Assembly (NCBI GenBank): GCA_965206595.1
Contig: OZ242214.1
Span: 4,224,001 to 4,288,000, forward strand
Origin: Candidatus Latescibacterota bacterium
GTDB taxonomy: Bacteria > Latescibacterota > UBA2968 > UBA8231
Direction of reading: 5' to 3'
DNA: 64,000 nt
Shown here piece by piece: positions 52,354 through 62,318 of the stretch (positions are counted from its first letter, which is position 1; every line of letters begins with the position of its first letter). The notes under the pieces were generated by a model that was given only the letters and a program-made list of their open reading frames with translations, searched no databases and had not been told where the DNA came from. A program made the translations under genes and the position numbers.

Positions 52354-54200
52354 GACTCCCTCGTAGAAACCCGGTTTTCGTGGGTAAGAATTGGCACCCA
52401 AAGCTAAAGTTTTCAACTATGAAACGAATCCGGAATGCGCTGCCATGAAGCTGCCTTCGGGCGCTATCGGCGCAGGGGCCCGATCCAAGACTTCAAGGGC
52501 CTTTTTCGGCGCCGAAAGGGACCTCTGCCCCCCTTTTCAGCCCATCGCCGGAGCTATGGTTTCGGGCTTGGGCGTAAGCGCCCGCAGCATTCTCTTGATA
52601 TTACAGGCCAGGGCTTTGAGGTAGACGGCCAGCTCCACGCGCCAACGCCCGCGCACGCGCAGGGCGCCCAGCCCGTGTCTTCGTTTCAGTTCCGAGACCG
52701 TGGCCTCGATGCCGGCGCGAATGCGATAGCGCTCCTTGAAGGCGCCGCTGGCCATGGCGCGGCGGCGGCGTTCGAGGTTGACGGCTTTCAGGTCCACGGT
52801 TACGGCGTAGCCGTCCCGGGCCCTGTTCCGTTTCACCGGGCAGACGGCAAGCAGGGCGCAGGTCTCACAGGCCTCGCGCTCGAAGGTCAGGATCACATGA
52901 TGGGGCTTCTTCTCACACGGCGTTTGCCTCTAGCCAGGTATCCGGCCGGGCAGATGGCCGGATCCCGGATACGGGCCTCGACGAGGAAGTCGGCCTCGGT
53001 CACCGTTTCGGGCCGCTCCTCGACATCGATCTGCGGGCCTTTGACCGGGCTGACCAACTCGGTGCCGAAGCGCTCGGCGGCCATGGCGTTGTCGCCGGAG
53101 CCGAAGGCGGTGTCGGCGACCAGCTCGTCGGGTCGTTGCCCGCGCTCTTCGAGGGCCTCCAGCACCGGCATCGTCGCGTGCTCGTCACTGACGCAGGCAT
53201 CGGTCACCGCTACGTGGGTGATCCTGTTCACGGTGTCGGTTGGGTCGTCGTCGGTTGGGTCGTCGTCGGCCTCGACGCAGGTCTCGGCGATCTGCACCTC
53301 ATACCCTTTGCCCTTGCGGCCGTGGTAGGTGGCCTCGGCATCATAGGGGCTTTGCAGCGAGTCGCTGCCGACCTTCTCAGGCGCCTTCAGCGCCACCGGC
53401 ACGCCGCCTTCGCCGGCGTCGTCGTCCTCGGTCGAGGGGCGCTGCTTGGCCGCGACCACCTCACACTGCTCGGCCAGCAGGCGCTGCAACAGCGCGTAGG
53501 ATTCCAGGCCCTCGGCCGCGGTGCCCGCAAACAGCTGATGGAGACGATACAGATCGCGCGCGCACACCGGCAGCCGCCTCTTGCCCGTGCCGGAGGGCGC
53601 GTCCTGGTAGGCCGTGGCGTTGCCGTCCTCCTTCAGGTAGCGCTCGCGCAGGCGCTTCGGCACCCGCCCGTACAGGCGCGGATGCTCCGCGGCCAGGGTC
53701 TTGAGAAAGTGACGGAGGGTCTCACACAACAGCCCCAGACGCGACAACACCGCGATGTTGCTGAGCACGTGGGTGGAGTCCAGACGCTGCCGGGTGACTT
53801 TCGTACCCAACGCTTGGAAAATGCCATCCGTGGTCGCCTCGAACGCCTGCCGGCCGCGGTCATGGGCCAGCAAGCGAGCGCGAAAGTTGTGCAGCGTCAG
53901 GACGTTGTTAGTCCTCGTCTTTTGCGCCAGGTGGGCCTCGTCCGGGGTCAGCTCCAGGGCGTGCTGCCACAACAGGCTGAACTCCAACTGCTCCAGCGCC
54001 TCGGCGTCGGTCAGAGCGAACATCTCCTTGAGCAGAAGCACGCCCAGGACCGTCGCCACCGGCTGGTTGGGACGACCGTTGTCGTCGCAATACAAGGACG
54101 CGAACTGTTCTTCGTCGATCAGCGGCAAGGCGTGCGCGCGAAAGGTCTCCGCCCAGCTCGCCTGCAGGCGCCGCTGCTTGGCCGGAGGAACCAGATTGCG
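52354..54200 (-). mobile_element. IS1182/IS5-like DDE transposase element, 5'-truncated and frameshifted (~52900)
   Basis: LYCDDNGRPN, QRLDSTH, SLQSPYDAEATY..KGKGYEVQIAETC, VADTAFGS, CETCALLAVCP and YRIRAGIEATVSELKR. IR-like GACTCCCTCGTAGAAAC at 52354. Confidence 0.8.
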
Positions 54201-54279
54201 ACTCTCGGCAGACCCTACCGGATGACCCACACGCGGAGTGGTCGTCGACAATTCCACCGTACCCGCATCATCGCCCTCG

Positions 54280-54900
54280 ACCTGCGCATTCTGGGCACGC
54301 TGTCCCGGCGCCACCACCGCACGTACCTCATGTTCGTGCTTGAACGCTTCCCGCTTGTAGAACACCGGCGGAAATTCGGACACGGGCGTAGAATCCTTGT
54401 CGTACGCGATGTACGCCACGTACCCGAGGTACGTCCGGCAGCCGCTTCGTGAAACTCCCGACCAGCCGGGCCGGAGTGGTCCTGACAGCTACGCCGTACT
54501 CCTCGCCGGCAAACAGCTTCCACATCGCCTCGGACTCTTCTGCCTCCTGGTACCAGCAGTTGACGAATGTCGCCCCACGCGAAGCTCCCCGGCGAATCGT
54601 CCGGTTCCAATGGCTGATGGTCTCTTCGACCGACCAGTCGGGATCTACCCTTAGTAACTCCAGCCGCTGACCCTGCCTCCTGTCCTCAATGACCACATGG
54701 CAACCTCGCTCGTGAATCCACAATTCTTCCCTATCTCGAATCAACTCCAAGGTCCGGTCCGACCACTGTCCCTCGAACCGGTCGCCCAGCTTGTTCACAG
54801 TGTTGAAGAACAGACCACGATTGCTCACAAGCGCCAACAACTTCGCCAAGTCCATGTAACGCCAGAGCGTCGCGTTCCCCTCTGGAATCTCGATTCGAAC
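54280..54900 (-). pseudogene. DUF2971-like protein, frameshifted (~54435) and 3'-truncated
   Basis: LWRYMDLAKLL..LFF..LGDRFEG, FVNCW..ESEAMWKLF..GVAVRT and FYKREAFKHEHEVRAV. Confidence 0.65.
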
Positions 54901-55310
54901 TACCCGGATGCTTCACCTCGAAGGGTTCGACCCCACTTCTCGCCGCGTCCCGCATCCACTTGGTCTGTCCGAATCCCCACATGTCTGACCCCCTTGCTCC
55001 GTTTCTTGTCCAACGCGCCGCCTCTCCACTCCCCGAATCGTTGAAGCTCCCCGACATTCCCGGGGAATACGACACCGACCCAGTTTGGACAGCGGCCGTC
55101 GGGTTGCGCTGCCCGTTTAGTTGGGTCGAGGCAACGAGCACAACGGCGGATTGGTCTGGATCGAGCATCGGAAAAAGAACACGGATCGGTTCGTGAAGCT
55201 GCTCGAGCACCTTCCCCGCTCATATAAGCCAAAGCGCATCGTGCTAGTCTTGAAAACCTGAATCCGTGATCGCTTCTATAGCAACTGATGAAGATCGCGA
55301 CAAGCTGAAC

Positions 55311-55424
55311 CACATCCTCTGCAAGGTGGAGACCCACAACCACCCGACGGCGCTCTCCCCCTTCCCCGCCTCGATCGGGGTCGGCGGCGAGATCCGCGAC
55401 GAGGGGACGACCGGCATCGGCGGC
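55311..55424 (+). pseudogene. purL: Short fragment of large-type FGAM synthase (PurL)
   Basis: [34 protein letters not shown] matches the conserved [32 protein letters not shown] motif. Confidence 0.75.
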
Positions 55425-55885
55425 GCAACTGGATCTGTTCGAACCCCGAGCATTGTGGCAGTTCAGAGATGAAAAATGCCCTGTTTTTATGCAACCAGAG
55501 GGTTAACTCAAGACACGAACTACTCTCCACCAGACAGAATGGCTGACGGCCTTCTCCTTGGTCCGGATGGTTTCGTGCCTGACAACAGTGCCGTGGAGAT
55601 GGATTCATGGGCTCGAATCAAAGCTTTGGAGGTCAAGTGATGCAGGTACCCTTACCTTGCCTGTCCTTTCTTTTCTGGCTACAACCTGCTGTCGTTCACG
55701 ATTCGAGAAGGCAGGGCTGTTGTCATTACGCGGGATTTAAATTTGGGAATTATATAGATGATTAGGCAGGAGCCCCCAAAAGCGGCCCCATAGGACCAGG
55801 ACCGCAAAGCGGGCTCGTCGTATCATGCCTAATCCAGAATGACCGTAGGCGAGTTTCTTCCAAAATTTCATGGCGTGGAATCCCT

Positions 55886-56134
55886 TTACTCCAAATAATA
55901 CCCGGAGGCCGTGGCCTTGTAGTTGTACGCCATGTCCCGGATTTCCTCGAAGGTTGGAACAATAAAGAGTTGGGGTCTCTGGTCCCTCAATGCAGGCCGC
56001 CGTTGGATTGAGATTCGCCCGTCCTGGCGGGTTTTGAGGTGCCCGCCTTCCGGGTCCTCAAGGTGGGCGTAAAGTTGCAAAGCGACCTGTTGTAACCCGT
56101 GGGCAACGTCGCGCAGTTCCGCTTCGTAATCCAT
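55886..56134 (-). CDS. Hypothetical protein (possibly frameshifted, extending to ~55762)
   Basis: Strong AAGGAGG RBS before ATG 56134. No recognised motif. Confidence 0.4.
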   Translation of the reverse strand: MDYEAELRDVAHGLQQVALQLYAHLEDPEGGHLKTRQDGRISIQRRPALRDQRPQLFIVPTFEEIRDMAYNYKATASGYYLE

Positions 56135-56165
56135 GAAACCCCTCCTTTGGTGCAAAAGTAACCGC

Positions 56166-56360
56166 CTACCAGAAGTCCCGCTGACGGCAGCCGGAATACA
56201 CCCGGGCAAGCGCGGCTTTTTCCCGGGCACCTACGCTGAGGCCGTACTTCGCCCTTACTCGGATTACGGTGCCCACGAACCAGCACTGACTCCGTTGCGG
56301 TAGCCATTCGGCCGCATCCTTGGCCGACTTTCCAAGGTTCACGCCGGCGGGAAACGGCCC
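56166..56360 (-). pseudogene. C-terminal remnant of DUF1524 HNH-type endonuclease
   Basis: VNLGKSAKDAAEWLP..QCWFVGTVIRVRAKYGLSV..REKAAL..C. Confidence 0.6.
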
Positions 56361-56544
56361 GGCGGCCCATGCGCCTGCCCCGGGATAGGCCATCGGCCAA
56401 GCCCTGAGCTTGGCCGATGGCCTATCGAATCTGGACCCGTAGTGGCTATTTTGAAGGGAATGCCAGGAGCAAGTCAATGAGTGATCGATCAAGAGAAGCT
56501 ACCTGACTGCGTATCGGAATCCCCGAAGCGGCCCGTTGGTCGTC

Positions 56545-57813
56545 TCAATTGCTGACGCACCGAAGCGTCAGGGATTGGAGGCCCCGAAGTACGATGCCCT
56601 TGCGAAACCGCGGGCGATCCCCAAGCAGCCTCATCGACTTGAACCGGTCGAGCAGCATCTCCAGAACGATCCGGCCCTCCAGACGCGCCAGCGGAGCGCC
56701 CAGGCAATGGTGGATCCCGCCCCCGAACGAGAGGTGCCGACCCTGGCGGCGGTCGATGTCGAGCCCGTCCGGATTGACGAACATGTCCGGATCCCGGTTG
56801 GCCGCGCCCAGAAGGAGCACGATGTTGTCGCGTTTCCGCAACGGAAAGCCGTTCACCTCGCAGTCCGCGAGCACACGCCGAAAATCGGCCTGCACCGGAG
56901 AGTCGAAGCGCAGCAGCTCTTCCACTGCCGCCGGGATCAGGCCCGGGTCCTCCCTGAGTCGCTGAAGCTGATCGGGATTGCGAACCAGGGCCAGGATGCC
57001 GTTGCCGATCAGGTTGGCCGTGGTCTCGGTGCCGGCGCTCAGGAGCAGGCGCAGCATGTTCAGCGTCTCGCGTTCGCTCAGCTGTTCACCTTCGTCCTGC
57101 GCGCGCACCAGGGCGCTGACGATGTCCTCCCGCGGCGAGGCCCGCCGCTCCTCGATGATCGGTCGAAAATAGGCGTCAAAAGCTCGGGAGGCCGCTCCGC
57201 CGGCCTTGCGTTCGCGCCGACGGATCGTCGGTTCCAGCAGACGCGCGCGCTGCGCCGCCCACATTGCGAATCGGGCCCTGTCTTCAGACGGAACGCCCAG
57301 CATCTCGGCCATGACCATCACCGGCAGGGGCCGAGCCACCGCCTCCATGAGATCGAACGCGGATGGGTCGTCGATGTCGTCCAGCAGGCCTCCCAGAATG
57401 CTGCGGACGCGGGACTCCAGCGCATGGACGGCCCCCGGGGTGAAGGCTTTGCTGACGAGCGCCCGCAGCCGCGTGTGGTCCGGAGGATCCAGAAACAGCA
57501 ACGTGAATTCGTGCGGCGGGGGCAGCATGGCCCGCTGTCGAGACGATAGCAGGCCCTTGCGCGGGTCATTGCCGAAACGCCGATGGTCGTGCAGGATGGC
57601 GCCCACATCGGCGTGGCGCGTGAACACCCAGGCCCTCAACAACCGGCTGCGGTGCACCGGAGCCCGGTCGCGCAGGGCCGCATAGGCGGGATAGGGATCC
57701 TGGGCCGTCCGCGCCGAGAGCGGGTTGTAGGCCACTCCGCGCCGCCAGCGCTCGGGCCGAACCACCGCGCCCGCGACCGCGGATCGTATCGCTTCGCCAA
57801 CTGAAAACATCAT
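56545..57813 (-). CDS. Cytochrome P450
   Basis: QDPYPAYAALR, LDPPDHTRLR, AGTETT, EELLR, ANRDP and heme motif FGGGIHHCLG. GGAGG RBS. Confidence 0.95.
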   Translation of the reverse strand: MMFSVGEAIRSAVAGAVVRPERWRRGVAYNPLSARTAQDPYPAYAALRDRAPVHRSRLLRAWVFTRHADVGAILHDHRRFGNDPRKGLLSSRQRAMLPPPHEFTLLFLDPPDHTRLRALVSKAFTPGAVHALESRVRSILGGLLDDIDDPSAFDLMEAVARPLPVMVMAEMLGVPSEDRARFAMWAAQRARLLEPTIRRRERKAGGAASRAFDAYFRPIIEERRASPREDIVSALVRAQDEGEQLSERETLNMLRLLLSAGTETTANLIGNGILALVRNPDQLQRLREDPGLIPAAVEELLRFDSPVQADFRRVLADCEVNGFPLRKRDNIVLLLGAANRDPDMFVNPDGLDIDRRQGRHLSFGGGIHHCLGAPLARLEGRIVLEMLLDRFKSMRLLGDRPRFRKGIVLRGLQSLTLRCVSN

Positions 57814-58133
57814 CGCCTCCCGGGCCGCCGACACTCTGACCCCCCTCAACGACCGTTGCCCCATGGCATCGCCGGGGGCTCCCATGGGGAGCGGAGCCGC
57901 CTCCCTCTCTGGTATTAGTGTATCGTACAGGCAATGGTCATGACAATGAAGGGAGCGCTACCTTCCTGCGACTCGGCGCCGGGGGCGGAAACGGCCCTCG
58001 CCGACGCCGCGGGCCCCCGGCCGCATCGGGGCGCAGGGTTGCGACGCAGCATCAACGAAACGAGGGAGGGTTCTTTGGCGCACGAGCCGATCGGAATCGG
58101 GGCGGCCGGCGGGTCGCAGGCGACGGTACGCCG

Positions 58134-59285
58134 ATGAGCGAACGGGAGGCGTTCGACGCCATCCTGGCCTCGCTGCACGAGACGGCGCTCGACCGTGCGC
58201 ACTGGTCGAGCGCCACCGCGCTCATCGACGACGCCCTCGGCACGCACGGCAGCAGCATGGTGTTCGGCGGCGGCGACTCCGCGGAAGAGATCCGGATGGT
58301 CTTTGCGTGGTCGTTCGTCCGCGGACAACGGGACCGGGCCCTGGAGCGGGAATACTTCCGGACCTACTACCCCCGGGACGAACGGGCCCCGCGCCTGCGG
58401 CGTCTCCCCGACAGCCGGCTGGTCCATATCACCGACCTCTACACCGACGAGGAACTCAAGACCTCCGCGGCGTACAACGAGCTGCTGCCCCGCGCCCGCG
58501 CCTGCAACAGCATCAACGTGCGCCTGGACGGGCCGCATGGCTCGCGGATCGTCTGGGTCGTCAACGACCCGGTCGACGGAGACGGCTGGTCGTCCGCCCG
58601 GATCGACCTGATCCAGCGTCTCCTGCCCCATATCCGCCAGTGCGTGCGCGCGCAGCAGGCGCTGGCCGGGGCCGGCGCGCTGGGTGCGTCCCTGGCGACG
58701 CTGCTCGACACCACCGGGTTGGGCCTGGTGCAGCTCGACGGCCGCGGGCGGATCGTGGAGGCGAACGACCGCGCCCGGGATGTGATCCGGACCGGCGAAG
58801 GTCTGTTCGACGAGGGCGGTTTCCTCCACGCCCGCTCGACGGAGGACGACGCCCAACTCCAGGCGGTGTTGGCGCGAGCGCTGCCGCCGTTCGGGGCTCA
58901 GGGCGCCGCCGGGTCGACGATGGTCAGCCGCCCTCCTCCCCGGCCGCCGCTGGCGCTGCACGTCAACCCGGTGGGCTGGCCGGAGACGGACTTGCGGGTC
59001 TGGCCGGTCGCGGCGCTGGTGCTGGTCGCCGACCCGGCGAGTCGGACCCGCATCGATCCGGCCGCGGCGGCGGCGGCGCTCGGGCTCACGGGGATGCAGA
59101 GCCGCGTGGCGGTGCTGTTGGCCGAAGGCCTGACCGTCCGCGAGATCGCCGCGGCGACGGGCCGCGGAGAAAGCACGATCCGCTCGCATGTGAAGCACAT
59201 GTTCGCCAAGCATGGCCTGTCGCGTCAGGCGGACCTGGTGCGGCTTGTGCTTGCGCTGGGCGGCGCTCCGGAGTCCCGGCCCTGA
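58134..59285 (+). CDS. LuxR-family HTH transcriptional regulator with GAF/PAS-like sensor region
   Basis: LLPHIRQ, LVQLDGRGRIVEAN (PAS) and LGLTGMQSRVAVLLAEG.TVREIA..STIRSHVKHMFAK.G..RQADLV. Confidence 0.9.
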   Translation: MSEREAFDAILASLHETALDRAHWSSATALIDDALGTHGSSMVFGGGDSAEEIRMVFAWSFVRGQRDRALEREYFRTYYPRDERAPRLRRLPDSRLVHITDLYTDEELKTSAAYNELLPRARACNSINVRLDGPHGSRIVWVVNDPVDGDGWSSARIDLIQRLLPHIRQCVRAQQALAGAGALGASLATLLDTTGLGLVQLDGRGRIVEANDRARDVIRTGEGLFDEGGFLHARSTEDDAQLQAVLARALPPFGAQGAAGSTMVSRPPPRPPLALHVNPVGWPETDLRVWPVAALVLVADPASRTRIDPAAAAAALGLTGMQSRVAVLLAEGLTVREIAAATGRGESTIRSHVKHMFAKHGLSRQADLVRLVLALGGAPESRP

Positions 59286-59541
59286 AGGCGGAAGCCGCCG
59301 CGGATCGGCGCTGACCCCGGCCGCCCGTAAAGTCCGAATCCTGCCCCACAAATCGCCAAATCTCCCCAATGTTGGGGACGCGCAAATGAGCCCAACCCTG
59401 TTAAATTTGTCGTTCGCGTCCAGGCTTCGTCGATTTGTTTTTCGGCATCCTTGCGTGCTCGTCGGGAGACCGGTGGACGGGGATCGCCGGTTCTGGAACA
59501 GGCCCGAACCGTCGTCCCCCCCAGAAGCGAGGAGTCATCGA

Positions 59542-62019
59542 ATGGATTCAGGCATCGGAGACGCGGCCGTGTCGCGCACATCGCCGGTGAGGGCCGGATG
59601 GATGGGGCTGTGGACCGGGAGAGCCGGGCGGGCGGTTGTCGCCGCGGGCACGGGGACCGGCACGATGGCTTTGGCCGGGCCGTGGACGGATGCACGGCGC
59701 GCGCCATGGGTCGGCTGCACCGATGCGGCCCCCGGCCGGCCCCCTGAATCCTCCCCGCCCTCTCCGGGCGGGTCCTCTTCCGCGTCCAACCATCGCGCGT
59801 CCCACCCGTCGGCGGCGGCACGCGCAGGTTCTGTCGCCTGCCACGCAGCGGCTGCGGTCCTCGTGACCTCCGCCGTGCTGTTTGCCGCGGCCCTCCCCGC
59901 GCAAGCCCAGACCACGATCTGGTCGGCCACGCTGACGCCGGGGGTCACATCCTTAGGGACTCCCGTACCGTTGGGCTGCGACAACACCTCGACGGAGAAT
60001 ATAAGATGCAGCGACTCGAACACGTTGAGCGACGCCGACTTCACCGATGACGGTACGGACTACGAGGTCACTAAATTTTTTACCAAGGACGGAGGCTTGA
60101 CATTCAGGCTCGATACGGGTGCCACAGCCGCCACACAGGGTCTGACACTGGTGATTGACGGCGAGGAATTCGTCCTTAAGGAGGCCGACCGGATCAACGG
60201 CGCCAAGACTCAATGGAAGTGGAATAACACCAACCTGAGTTGGACTGCCGGGACCGACGTCGCCGTGTCGCTCGTTGTGACCGACGCTCCCGCCACCGGC
60301 CAGCCGACGATTTCCGGTGGGGGGCAGGTGAGCAAGACGCTGACGGCGGCGACGGACGACATCGAGGACCCGAATGGGCTGCCGACGACCCCCACGTTCA
60401 CCTACCAGTGGGTGCGGGTGGACGGCTCCACCGACACAGACATCCCCGGGGCGGCCTCCGAAACCTACACGCTGACCGCGTCCGACCTGGGCAAGCAGAT
60501 CAAGGTGAAGGTGAGCTTCACCGACTCCCGGGGCCACGCCGAGGGCCCGCTCACGAGCGACGCGTATCCCCGGAACGGGACAGTGACAGTGGTGGTGTTG
60601 CCGGGCCCCTGTCCCGCGGTCAACGACTGGTGCGCGACGATGACGGTGGCAGACGCCGAAGGCGACGGCCGTTTGCTCGGGTATGAGTATGACAAGTTCG
60701 GCTCGCTCGACGACGACCAGATCGAATACGGCGACGAAGAATTCAACGTCTGGACGGTGCACACCTATAAGTACCTGTCCCGTGCTTACTTTTACTTCGG
60801 CTCCATACCGCGGGTGCCGCGCGGCACGGTGGTCACCGTTGGCGAGCACACGTTTACAACGGACATGGAGTCGGATGACGGCAGCACGGGCGATTTATGG
60901 CACTCTCCCGCCGGCGAGTTGCCCCCCGGCCTGGTCTGGCCGGACGGCCAGGAAGTCAGGGTCAGTCTCGTGTTGGGGAGCTCGCCACCTAGACTCTCGA
61001 TCGCGGACGCCAGCGCCGCCGAGAACGACGGCCACCTCATGTTCGATGTCACGCTCTCACCAGCTTCGCCGCACACGGTGAAGGTCGACTTCGAGACTAT
61101 TTCGGGAGGCACCGCCACCGAAGGCGTCGACTACTGGGCGCACGACTACACCCACGTCATTCCGGCGGGAGAGATGACCACGCAGATGGGCTTCGCGCTC
61201 ATTGAGGACGCGGTCACCGACGACGACGAGACGGTGATGGTAAGGCTCAGCAACGCGCGCCTGATCAATAAGCGCGGCAAAAAGAAAGCGGACCTCAACA
61301 TCACGCCCGCCGAGGCGACGGGAACGATCACCGCGCCGACCACCACGACCACCACGACCGACGTGCCGGGTCTGACCATTGGGATCCAAGACGCGACCGG
61401 GGACGAGGACGACGGGTGGCTCCTTTTCAAAGTCAAGCTCTCGCGGAAGTCTGACGACCTTGTGTGTTACGACTTCGAGGCCATCTCGGGCGGCACCGCC
61501 ACGGAAGGAACGGACTACCTCAAGATCCCGAAAGCCACGTACTGGATGGCGATCGGAAAAAAAGTGGACAAGCCCTTCGTCCTCATCATCGACGATAGGG
61601 TGAACGACAACGGCGAGACCGTGATGGTCAAGATCAGCAATGCACGGCTGTGCGATGACGCATCCCAGACGCTCGAAATCACGAGGGCGGAGGCGACGGG
61701 GACCATCACGGAGACCAGCGCCAAATCGGTGGTTGCGCTCCAGACGTTCGCTCTATACGCCAACTATCCCAACCCATTCAATGCCGAAACGCAGATGACC
61801 TACGCGCTGCCGGTGGCTGGTGCAGTGGAATTGGCCATCTACAATGTCCGGGGACAGCGGGTGCGCACCTTAGTCCAAGGCGTGCAGGCGGCGGGGCGCT
61901 ACCAGATTGTCTGGGATGGCCGCAACGACACCGGGGCGGGCTTGGCCAGCGGGGTGTATCTGTCTCGGCTCACCAGCACGCAGGGGGTACGGGTGCGGCG
62001 GCTGTTGCTCATAAAATAG
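59542..62019 (+). CDS. Secreted Calx-beta repeat protein with C-terminal FlgD/T9SS-like domain
   Basis: Signal-like ...LPAQAQ, ATGQPTISG..TYQWVRVDG, two Calx-beta units (GGTATEG.DY), and ANYPNPFNAET...YNVRGQRVRTLV..WDGRN..SGVY. GAGGAG RBS at 59542; start uncertain. Confidence 0.82.
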   Translation: MDSGIGDAAVSRTSPVRAGWMGLWTGRAGRAVVAAGTGTGTMALAGPWTDARRAPWVGCTDAAPGRPPESSPPSPGGSSSASNHRASHPSAAARAGSVACHAAAAVLVTSAVLFAAALPAQAQTTIWSATLTPGVTSLGTPVPLGCDNTSTENIRCSDSNTLSDADFTDDGTDYEVTKFFTKDGGLTFRLDTGATAATQGLTLVIDGEEFVLKEADRINGAKTQWKWNNTNLSWTAGTDVAVSLVVTDAPATGQPTISGGGQVSKTLTAATDDIEDPNGLPTTPTFTYQWVRVDGSTDTDIPGAASETYTLTASDLGKQIKVKVSFTDSRGHAEGPLTSDAYPRNGTVTVVVLPGPCPAVNDWCATMTVADAEGDGRLLGYEYDKFGSLDDDQIEYGDEEFNVWTVHTYKYLSRAYFYFGSIPRVPRGTVVTVGEHTFTTDMESDDGSTGDLWHSPAGELPPGLVWPDGQEVRVSLVLGSSPPRLSIADASAAENDGHLMFDVTLSPASPHTVKVDFETISGGTATEGVDYWAHDYTHVIPAGEMTTQMGFALIEDAVTDDDETVMVRLSNARLINKRGKKKADLNITPAEATGTITAPTTTTTTTDVPGLTIGIQDATGDEDDGWLLFKVKLSRKSDDLVCYDFEAISGGTATEGTDYLKIPKATYWMAIGKKVDKPFVLIIDDRVNDNGETVMVKISNARLCDDASQTLEITRAEATGTITETSAKSVVALQTFALYANYPNPFNAETQMTYALPVAGAVELAIYNVRGQRVRTLVQGVQAAGRYQIVWDGRNDTGAGLASGVYLSRLTSTQGVRVRRLLLIK

Positions 62020-62318
62020 GGCTCTTCTGGAGAATCTGTGGGTGAGGAGGGGAGGCTGCGGCGATGGGAATAGAGGAGGCCAGGTAGCACAGGCGCATCA
62101 TCCCCCGGTATGTTGGGACAGTCCACCAAGACCGAACCCAACTACCTGTGGAGGGAATGATGCGCCTGATCACGGTACTAAACCGGTGCACGACCTCCAA
62201 GCGGTTTGTGTTTGAGGGCAGTCATTTTGACCGGCACGGAAGGATAATGGTGAGGATAAGGCCACGGAAGAACTCCCGGGGCGCGTGCAGCGGCTGCGGT
62301 CACTTGGCCCCCACCTAT
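62020..62318 (+). mobile_element. ISL3-family element, left-end remnant interrupted by IS5
   Basis: Begins GGCTCTTC directly after the preceding stop codon. The ORF MRLITVLNR..FVF..IRPRKNSRGACSGCG is a typical ISL3 N-terminal zinc finger. Confidence 0.75.

Noticed and set aside
52893-54419. 508-aa ORF as a genuine DUF2971-transposase fusion protein
   Set aside because: It is an accidental in-frame join of three truncated pieces with no proper start.
54981-55196. Short ORF resembling a RiPP precursor (PFL...PGEYD..W)
   Set aside because: No recognisable core motif or modifying enzyme nearby. It lies in degraded island DNA.
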